DNA of 64,000 bases. It comes from Megasphaera sp. GTDB lineage: Bacteria > Bacillota > Negativicutes > Veillonellales > Megasphaeraceae. The stretch is from NCBI GenBank assembly GCA_050874545.1, contig JBNMKW010000004.1:3184-67183 (forward strand). The letters run 5' to 3'. The notes beneath the pieces were generated by a model that worked only from the letters and a program-made list of their open reading frames with translations, was not told the origin of the DNA and searched no databases. Both the position numbers and the translations under genes were made by a program. Shown piece after piece: positions 57,245 through 64,000 of the stretch (position 1 is its first letter; the number at the start of each line of letters is the position of its first letter).

Positions 57245-59221
57245 CTATCGCATAAATGTTACTTTTACATTACTGCCGGGGGCCGCATACGTACCTGCCG
57301 GCGGGTCTTGATGTACGGCACGGCCAGTGCCATTAGGTACAAAGCCAAGATTTGCCTTGTCCAGCCAATCATTGACTTCGCGAGTATCCCAGCCCATAAA
57401 GGAAGGCATCCATATGCCCTCACTGGTATGCCGGACTTCCGGAATCACACGCTGTTTTTCCGGTTCTTCTTTAGGAAGTTGTGCCAGCTGCCGTTCTATC
57501 GGCTGGGACGGCCGTATGCCCTTATAATGAACAATTTCTGTCATCATTTCTTTAAATACAGGTGCTGCAACCTGCGCTCCATAAAATACACCTTGGGGAT
57601 TATCCACAACAATCAAAACCACGTACTGCGGATCTTCCAATGGGCCAAACCCCATAAAAGATGCGATATACTGTCCTTCTGCATAGCCGGCCCGCCCATG
57701 ATTAATGCGCTGGGCTGTCCCGGTTTTCCCGCAGAACGTATATCCATCTACCTTAGCACTTTGCCCGCCGCCGGAATTAATTTCTTCTGACAGGATTTTG
57801 CTGATTGTCTGTGCTGTTTCTTCCTTAATGGGCTGGCCTACCTCTATGGGATCATGCTTTTCATATACGGAGCCATCCGGGTTATCGATTTCTTTGACCA
57901 AAAACGGCTTCATCATATGTCCTTTATTGGCAAGCGCACTAAATGCCTGTACCATCTGCAGCGGCGTAACAGCAATACTTTGTCCAAAGGACATGGCCGC
58001 TACATCTACAGGACTCATGGTTTTCGGGTCAAATAAGATACCCTCTTGTTCGCCGGGCAGTCCAATATCCGTCGCTTTGCCAAATCCAAACCGTTTTGCA
58101 TATTCAGTCAGCGTTTCACCGCCAGTTGTCAATCCCAATTCTACCATGCCGGTATTAATCGAAAACTTTAATATTTCAGTCAGCGTAACATTTCCCATAC
58201 CCCGTTTGTCCCAGTTATAAAATGTTCTGTCCGCTACTTGGATATGTCCTTCATCATGATAGACGCGATGAATATCCCATTTTCCTGAATCGACAGCTGC
58301 CGCTGCCATAATAGGTTTAAATGTCGAGCCCGGTTCATAGGTGTTAACGACAGCCCTGTTTTTATATTTATCCGCATTGCCTTTATAGTATTCATTCGGA
58401 TCAAAATTAGGCCGGCTGGCCATAGCCAATATTTCTCCCGTTTTGGGATCCATCACAATAATCGCGGCGCCTTCCGGATGATTGCGGTTCATAACGCCAT
58501 CCAAGCTTTTTTCAGCAATGTATTGAATCGTACTGTCAATAGTCAATTGAACAGCGCGTTCTTTATCAGGCAAACTGCGTTCCAACACAGAATTAAAAAT
58601 AGGAATTTTATTAGTATCTGTCCACAGCCGCTGCAGCTGCTGGCTGCCCCTAATCTTTTTATCTAGTACCAATTCCAAGCCTTCCATACCCTTATCTTCT
58701 TTGTTGACAAACCCTAAAAGCTGCGAAGCAAGTGCTCCATTAGGATATAAGCGATGAATTCCCATTTTAAATGCAATACCTGTCAGTTTTTGGTCTTTAA
58801 TGACTTTTTTTACTTGGTCCGCCTTATCATGGTCCATCATTTCTTCCAGCCAGACAAAACTGGTATCTTCCTGCAGCCGTGCTTCAATTTCCGGCTCTTT
58901 GATTTTCAAATAGGGTGCCAAGATATGCGCTATTTCCTGCGGAGATTTCGTAATCATTGTCGGATCGGCATACAGCGACGGCGCTTCTTCACTAATAGCC
59001 AATATCTTGCCGTTTCTATCATAAATCGTGCCACGCGGAGACTGCAGCACGCGTTTATTTATATTTTGCATTTCTGATTTTTTTAAATAATCCGCATACT
59101 CTATAACTTGCAGATAAACCATTTTCCCTACTAAAAAAACAAATGGGATAAAAAAGATTACCATACAAATTTGTATCCGATGCCGTAATTTATGTTGATT
59201 TCTCTCCTTATCGGTCTTCAT
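57245..59221 (-). CDS. Class B penicillin-binding protein with C-terminal PASTA domain (FtsI/SpoVD-like)
   Basis: N-terminal TM, PRGTIYDRNG, EPGSTFK (SxxK), SIN (SxN), KTGTAQ; start at ATG 59221 with GGAG RBS. Confidence 0.9.
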   Translation of the reverse strand: MKTDKERNQHKLRHRIQICMVIFFIPFVFLVGKMVYLQVIEYADYLKKSEMQNINKRVLQSPRGTIYDRNGKILAISEEAPSLYADPTMITKSPQEIAHILAPYLKIKEPEIEARLQEDTSFVWLEEMMDHDKADQVKKVIKDQKLTGIAFKMGIHRLYPNGALASQLLGFVNKEDKGMEGLELVLDKKIRGSQQLQRLWTDTNKIPIFNSVLERSLPDKERAVQLTIDSTIQYIAEKSLDGVMNRNHPEGAAIIVMDPKTGEILAMASRPNFDPNEYYKGNADKYKNRAVVNTYEPGSTFKPIMAAAAVDSGKWDIHRVYHDEGHIQVADRTFYNWDKRGMGNVTLTEILKFSINTGMVELGLTTGGETLTEYAKRFGFGKATDIGLPGEQEGILFDPKTMSPVDVAAMSFGQSIAVTPLQMVQAFSALANKGHMMKPFLVKEIDNPDGSVYEKHDPIEVGQPIKEETAQTISKILSEEINSGGGQSAKVDGYTFCGKTGTAQRINHGRAGYAEGQYIASFMGFGPLEDPQYVVLIVVDNPQGVFYGAQVAAPVFKEMMTEIVHYKGIRPSQPIERQLAQLPKEEPEKQRVIPEVRHTSEGIWMPSFMGWDTREVNDWLDKANLGFVPNGTGRAVHQDPPAGTYAAPGSNVKVTFMR

Positions 59222-60644
59222 GATTTCTTTCTCCATTATGACGTGCATACCATTTTTTTGCTGCAGCAGCCAACGTATCCGCATCATTAGCCAAGTCTTG
59301 ATTTTGTACCCGCTTCAATAATACGCGCAGACATGCACCGGTCTGCCGCTGACATATAGCAGGAACTCGTTTGTCATACTGTAAATCTTTCGTACTGACA
59401 GGCATCCTGCCAGCCAGCTCTGCCATGTATTCTCCAAACGAAACGGTGCCGCTCGTATCTGCATCGGCATGACCGCAGCCCAGCACATCGCCGCAGGCTA
59501 ACACCGTCGCCTGTTGTACGGCTTCTACCAATTCTGCCGTTCGACCAAACGGTCCTTCCAAGGCTTCGCGGCGCAGCCATTTTTCTACATCGCCTAGGCC
59601 CGTATTGGCAAAATAATGAAATTTCATATGCGTTTTTACCAGCCAGACAATCCGCTTCGCCATGTTGGGATTTTTATGCCAGCGCAGCAAAATAGCTTCT
59701 GCCAGTTCCGCGCCTTTGGCATCATGTCCATAGTCCGTATAGCGTCCTTTATGGATACCTCGAATCCCCGGCATTCCTTTAGCAATATCATGGAATAAGG
59801 CAGCATAGCGAATCGTCAAATCCGGCGGCGTATTAGCAACCACTGCCAAAGTGTGAAACCAAGCATCAAATAGATGAAACGGCTTAGACTGCGGTGTATC
59901 CGGCAAATGGCTGCATTCCGGCAAGATAGGGATTTCTTCATACTGTCCGTTTTCTTTGCGGCGGCAGCTGCATGCGCCTAGTCCGGAACGCACTAATACA
60001 TCCAGCCCTTTATATGCAGCTTCCGTAACCATGAGCCGGTCTAATTCCTGCATCACTCGTTCCAACGACAGCCCTGACACTCTGCCAAATGCCAACGGCA
60101 TAGCACGAGTTAGCTCCTTGACTGGTAAAAAGTCTAGCTGTCCCGTAAAACGACAGGCACGAAACAGCCGCAGGGCATCTTCCTGAAACCGCTTTTTAGG
60201 ATCGCCGACAGTTACTAACCGTTTCTTTTTCAAATCTTTTTGCCCGCCCACATAATCATATATCTGGCCGTCTTTGTCCATAGCAAGAGCATTGACCGTA
60301 AAGTCTCGGCGCAGCACATCTTCACGCAGCGAATCCGCATACCACACTTCTTCCGGTCGATGACTGTCTGCACCATACGATTCACCTCGAAATGAAGCCG
60401 TTTCAACGGTCAAGCCATCGACGACTAAAACGACAATGCCAAAACGTTCACTCTGTATTTTTACTGTATGCCATCCCTTAATAGCTGCTACCCGCTGGAT
60501 ATCTTCCGGTCTGGCCGATGTCGTAACATCATAATCATGAGGCTGCCGCTTCATCAGCAAATCACGCACAGCACCGCCAACTACATATGCTTCAAAACCA
60601 TTTTCATTTAACGCTTCCAATACGCTTCGTACTCTCGGTTCCAC
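59208..60644 (-). CDS. cca: CCA-adding tRNA nucleotidyltransferase with HD domain
   Basis: YVVGGAVRD, DYDV, RRDFTVNALA, FQEDALRLFRA, ALFHDIAK; GTG start with AAGGAGG RBS. Confidence 0.88.
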   Translation of the reverse strand: MEPRVRSVLEALNENGFEAYVVGGAVRDLLMKRQPHDYDVTTSARPEDIQRVAAIKGWHTVKIQSERFGIVVLVVDGLTVETASFRGESYGADSHRPEEVWYADSLREDVLRRDFTVNALAMDKDGQIYDYVGGQKDLKKKRLVTVGDPKKRFQEDALRLFRACRFTGQLDFLPVKELTRAMPLAFGRVSGLSLERVMQELDRLMVTEAAYKGLDVLVRSGLGACSCRRKENGQYEEIPILPECSHLPDTPQSKPFHLFDAWFHTLAVVANTPPDLTIRYAALFHDIAKGMPGIRGIHKGRYTDYGHDAKGAELAEAILLRWHKNPNMAKRIVWLVKTHMKFHYFANTGLGDVEKWLRREALEGPFGRTAELVEAVQQATVLACGDVLGCGHADADTSGTVSFGEYMAELAGRMPVSTKDLQYDKRVPAICQRQTGACLRVLLKRVQNQDLANDADTLAAAAKKWYARHNGERNHEDR

Positions 60645-60828
60645 GCCAGCCCCTCCTTAAAAACTATAGTGTTGCAATATAGTATTATACCACGATTAGA
60701 ACAGCCTGAGTAGTTGTAACTTCAGCAATGAAAGGATAGGTTGTATCTGTCCACGCCCTGCAACCTATGCTATACTTATAGCGTACAACCAGTATAGTAT
60801 AGGTATAAATAATGGAGGAGGTGCCCGT

Positions 60829-61359
60829 ATGGTTGATACTGGCTTGATTCACCTGTATTGCGGCGACGGCAAGGGCAAAACAACTGCAGCCATCGGCCTA
60901 ACGATTCGCTGTGCCGGCCGCGGCGGCCGTATTTTATTCTGCCAATTTCTAAAATCAAGACCTACTGGTGAATTGACTATTTTACACACATTGCCGACAG
61001 TTACCGTGCTGCGCAGCCATGCGATTGCTAAGTTTACCTTTCAAATGACTCCAGAAGAATTAGCCGAAACCAAGCAGCAACAGGAACTATTTTTTAAACA
61101 AATAATCCGACACTGCCAAGAGATACAGCCAGATATGCTCGTGTTAGATGAAATCATCCCAGCCTGCCGACTGCAGCTGGTACCTGAGACAGCTGTTCTT
61201 TCCTTTCTGCAGCATAAACCGGTTTCCTTGGAAGTGGTTCTTACAGGGCGCGCCCCTTCTCAGGCTCTTTTACAGGCCGCTGATTATGTCTCAGAAATTT
61301 GTAAGCGAAAACATCCCTATGATCGAGGCATTACAGCCCGTCTGGGAATTGAAGAATAA
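60829..61359 (+). CDS. Cob(I)yrinic acid a,c-diamide adenosyltransferase (CobO/BtuR/CobA type)
   Basis: LYCGDGKGKTTAAIG, QFLK, LVLDEI, EVVLTGR, ADYVSE, GIEE. Confidence 0.92.
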   Translation: MVDTGLIHLYCGDGKGKTTAAIGLTIRCAGRGGRILFCQFLKSRPTGELTILHTLPTVTVLRSHAIAKFTFQMTPEELAETKQQQELFFKQIIRHCQEIQPDMLVLDEIIPACRLQLVPETAVLSFLQHKPVSLEVVLTGRAPSQALLQAADYVSEICKRKHPYDRGITARLGIEE

Positions 61360-61380
61360 GATAAAGGAGAGAGTATCCGT

Positions 61381-62643
61381 ATGTTAAAATCCGTATTGCA
61401 AGCTGTACAACAGAACCAAGCAGCGCTCACAGCTATCCGTCGCCACTGCCATGAATATCCAGAATTATCCTGTCAGGAAACGCAGACTCTTGCTTATATT
61501 CAAGAAAAACTCACTGCCTATGGCATTGCTCATCGCTATGTAGAAAATGGCGGCATCATTGCCTGGATTGACGGCAGCGCCGTCGGCAGGACCTTGCTGC
61601 TCCGCGCAGATATCGATGCACTTCCCATTGAAGAAGGAGAAAACAATCTGTCCTGCCCCCGTGTCTGCCGCTCACACCATCCCGGGGTCATGCACGCCTG
61701 CGGTCACGACGGCCATATTGCAATGCTGCTGACTGCCGGAAAGATTTTGCAACAATGGCACAACTCTTGGCAGGGCCGCATCATTCTCATGTTTGAACAA
61801 GGGGAAGAAGAATCCGGTCCCCTGCCGTATTTACTGCGATTTTTGGAAAAAGAAAGCGGCTGGCATATTGACGGCTGTTATGCCACACATGTCCGCTGGG
61901 ATATTCCTACCGGAAAAATTGCAGTCTGCCATGAAGCTCCTATGGCCGGAGGATTTGGCTTTGAAATCGAACTCAAAGGCCATGGTGGCCATGGATCCCG
62001 TCCCGATTTAGCCCAAAGTCCTATTGACTGCTTTCATTCCTTCTACAGCGATTTACAGGCTCTACGCATGCGTACCGTTTCTCCGCTTAACGGATTGACA
62101 GTTTCCATCGGCTCCTTGCATAGCGGCACGACACTCAACGTCATTCCCGATACGTTAACCTTTTCCGGAACGAGCCGTTTCTTTAGTTACGACCAGGCAG
62201 GCAAACGATTTTACGAAGAATTTCTTCATATCCTAAAAAATGCTTGTGACACCTATCAGTGTTCCTATGAAATCAAACATCTGCTCAAGCCATTATTTGA
62301 AGTACATAATGATCCCCATTGCGTTGCTCTTGCAGAACAAGCGATTACTGCCAGCATGGGAAACGATGTGTTGTATTCCTGCTCGCCCTGGATGGCGTCC
62401 GAATCTTTTGCTATTACAACACGGCTCTATCCAGGCGTACTAACATTTACAGGCATTGCGAATCCTGCCAAAGGATGCGGCGGCAACCATCATACACCGG
62501 AATTTGACTTAGATGAAGACGGCCTTATCTATGGTGCTGCAGCCTGCATCAGCTATGCCCTCACCTTTTTAGCTGATAAGACGCCGATAGATTTCACGCG
62601 TCCTGATGAACCGTTTGAAGAACTCATTCAACACAATATTTAA
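61381..62643 (+). CDS. M20 family amidohydrolase
   Basis: HEYPELS, LRADIDALP, MHACGHDGH, EQGEE, HHTPEFD. Confidence 0.92.
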   Translation: MLKSVLQAVQQNQAALTAIRRHCHEYPELSCQETQTLAYIQEKLTAYGIAHRYVENGGIIAWIDGSAVGRTLLLRADIDALPIEEGENNLSCPRVCRSHHPGVMHACGHDGHIAMLLTAGKILQQWHNSWQGRIILMFEQGEEESGPLPYLLRFLEKESGWHIDGCYATHVRWDIPTGKIAVCHEAPMAGGFGFEIELKGHGGHGSRPDLAQSPIDCFHSFYSDLQALRMRTVSPLNGLTVSIGSLHSGTTLNVIPDTLTFSGTSRFFSYDQAGKRFYEEFLHILKNACDTYQCSYEIKHLLKPLFEVHNDPHCVALAEQAITASMGNDVLYSCSPWMASESFAITTRLYPGVLTFTGIANPAKGCGGNHHTPEFDLDEDGLIYGAAACISYALTFLADKTPIDFTRPDEPFEELIQHNI

Positions 62644-62788
62644 CGACACTACTGAACGGTATAACCCAACGAACTACACCGTAATAAATCCGTTTTGTCG
62701 TTCGTTGGTCGAAAATTTTTCCAACTGATACAAATACACGCGCTGCAAAATAAACGTATAAAAAATAAATTTCTACGACTAACACCAT

Positions 62789-62848
62789 GCAAAAAAGGTT
62801 GCGATAAAATGAGAATGGTTAACTCATTTTGTCACAACCTTTTTTTGC
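62789..62848. repeat. Dispersed-family long palindrome / bidirectional terminator
   Basis: AAAAAAGGTTGCGATAAAATGAG-N9-CTCATTTTGTCACAACCTTTTTT. Confidence 0.75.
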
Positions 62849-62948
62849 TGTTTATTTTCTGCAAATTAAAAACTATATACTGTAAAAGAAAGCGCGTTAT
62901 ATATTGACAACAAAAAACTTGCGATTCCGTCCCGCTATTGTCATCCCC

Positions 62949-64000
62949 TTACTGTTTGTGTGCCGGATAAATCATGCCATAAAAAGTAAGCAACGCACCG
63001 ACTTCCCCAACGACCATAACAATTCCCATAGGAATGGCAGTATAACTGCCGGCAATACCTACGACAGGTGCCATGACGGCACCGGAAATCATCGAGAAGA
63101 AACCGATAAGAGCCGAAGCACTGCCAGCATTTCGTCCTTGAGCCTGCATAGCCAAGGAAAAGCTGCTCGTTGCCATGCAGGATAATGTAGAAACTGTAAA
63201 AAATAAAATAACAATTACAGCTAAAAGCGGTATATGTACTATAAAGCCAGCTAATAATAAGATACTCCCCACAACAGCTACCAATAAAGCTGTCCGCAAA
63301 ATTTTCCAATCGGCTACGCGGCCAGCCAATCGACCCGTCAAGGCACCGCTGAGCATAAGACCAATCCCGTTAACACCAAAAATAATACTAAAAACTTGCG
63401 GTGAAACATGGTAAATATTTTGAAACACAAAAGAAGATCCGGAAATATACGCAAAAAAAGCAGCGAATCCAAAACACTGCATGATGCAATGTCCCATGAA
63501 ATACGTCTGTCCAAATAATCCTTTAAATCCTTTGAGACTAGCAAATATACCGCCTTCTACGCGTCTGCGTACAGACAGTGTTTCGGTCATGCTAATGGCA
63601 CTGATAGTCAATACGACACCAATAACCGTCAATAAGACAAACACACCTTCCCATTCAGAAAAGCGTAAAATTTGACCGCCAATAACAGGCGCAATAATCG
63701 GAGCTAACCCATTCACCAGCATGAGCATCGAAAAGAAACGCGTCAATGCCGGTCCTTTGCAGACATCACGAGCAATCGCTCTAGCAATGACAATGCCGGC
63801 CCCGCCGGAACAGCCTTGAATAAATCGAAATACCAAAAAAATATAAATGGATTTGACAAAGACGCAGGCCAAAGAAGACACGGCAAAGATCAACATACCG
63901 GCTATCAACGGCTTGCGTCGTCCCTTTTCATCACTAATCGGTCCGGCCACAATCTGCCCCAAGGCCATGCCCGCCATGGAAGCCGTCAGTGTTAACTGTA
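62949..64000 (-). CDS. Bcr/CflA family MFS efflux transporter (5' truncated by window edge)
   Basis: GPISDEKGRRKPL, FRFIQG, APIIAPVIGG, AYISGSSFVFQ, AGSASAL. Confidence 0.9.
   Translation of the reverse strand, partial: QLTLTASMAGMALGQIVAGPISDEKGRRKPLIAGMLIFAVSSLACVFVKSIYIFLVFRFIQGCSGGAGIVIARAIARDVCKGPALTRFFSMLMLVNGLAPIIAPVIGGQILRFSEWEGVFVLLTVIGVVLTISAISMTETLSVRRRVEGGIFASLKGFKGLFGQTYFMGHCIMQCFGFAAFFAYISGSSFVFQNIYHVSPQVFSIIFGVNGIGLMLSGALTGRLAGRVADWKILRTALLVAVVGSILLLAGFIVHIPLLAVIVILFFTVSTLSCMATSSFSLAMQAQGRNAGSASALIGFFSMISGAVMAPVVGIAGSYTAIPMGIVMVVGEVGALLTFYGMIYPAHKQ

Noticed and set aside
1-64000. Programmed frameshifts, selenocysteine read-through or pseudogenes
   Set aside because: All recognised genes appear as full-length single ORFs, and I saw no split genes or in-frame stops.

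Overview
Chromosomal, mostly housekeeping window with no integrase, transposase, prophage, CRISPR array or rRNA that I can see. The gene set is Firmicutes-type (Asp23 pair, PhoP/PhoR with TTTACA boxes, reverse rubrerythrin) but includes an LptD-like outer-membrane protein and lactate-utilisation genes. This points to a diderm Negativicute, probably Megasphaera-like (inference). Core blocks: dapB-asd-dapA; efp/nusB/xseAB/ispA/tlyA/nadK/argR/recN; cobU-cobS-cobC; ispE-GntR-larA with a FAD D-2-hydroxyacid dehydrogenase and a lactate permease; the complete phoP-phoR-pstSCAB-phoU locus; cca-PBP-folD-cfa; one tRNA-Arg(ACG). Best candidates for undescribed biology: (1) a membrane-anchored DEDDh exonuclease homologue that has lost all catalytic residues and has a winged-helix-like tail (31601-32563); (2) a cassette of two paralogous SAM methyltransferases coupled to a Cys/His-rich Nik/Opp-type ABC importer, just downstream of tRNA-Arg (7123-13541); (3) a methionine gamma-lyase-like enzyme lacking the hallmark Cys, followed by a HAAAP permease and preceded by a TetR gene and a tandem palindromic operator (365-3753); (4) an unusually compact LptD coupled to an unknown secreted protein; (5) a second TsaD/Kae1-family enzyme. 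Family assignments come from motif recognition by eye, with no database searches. Several starts were moved from the ORF track to RBS-supported codons.
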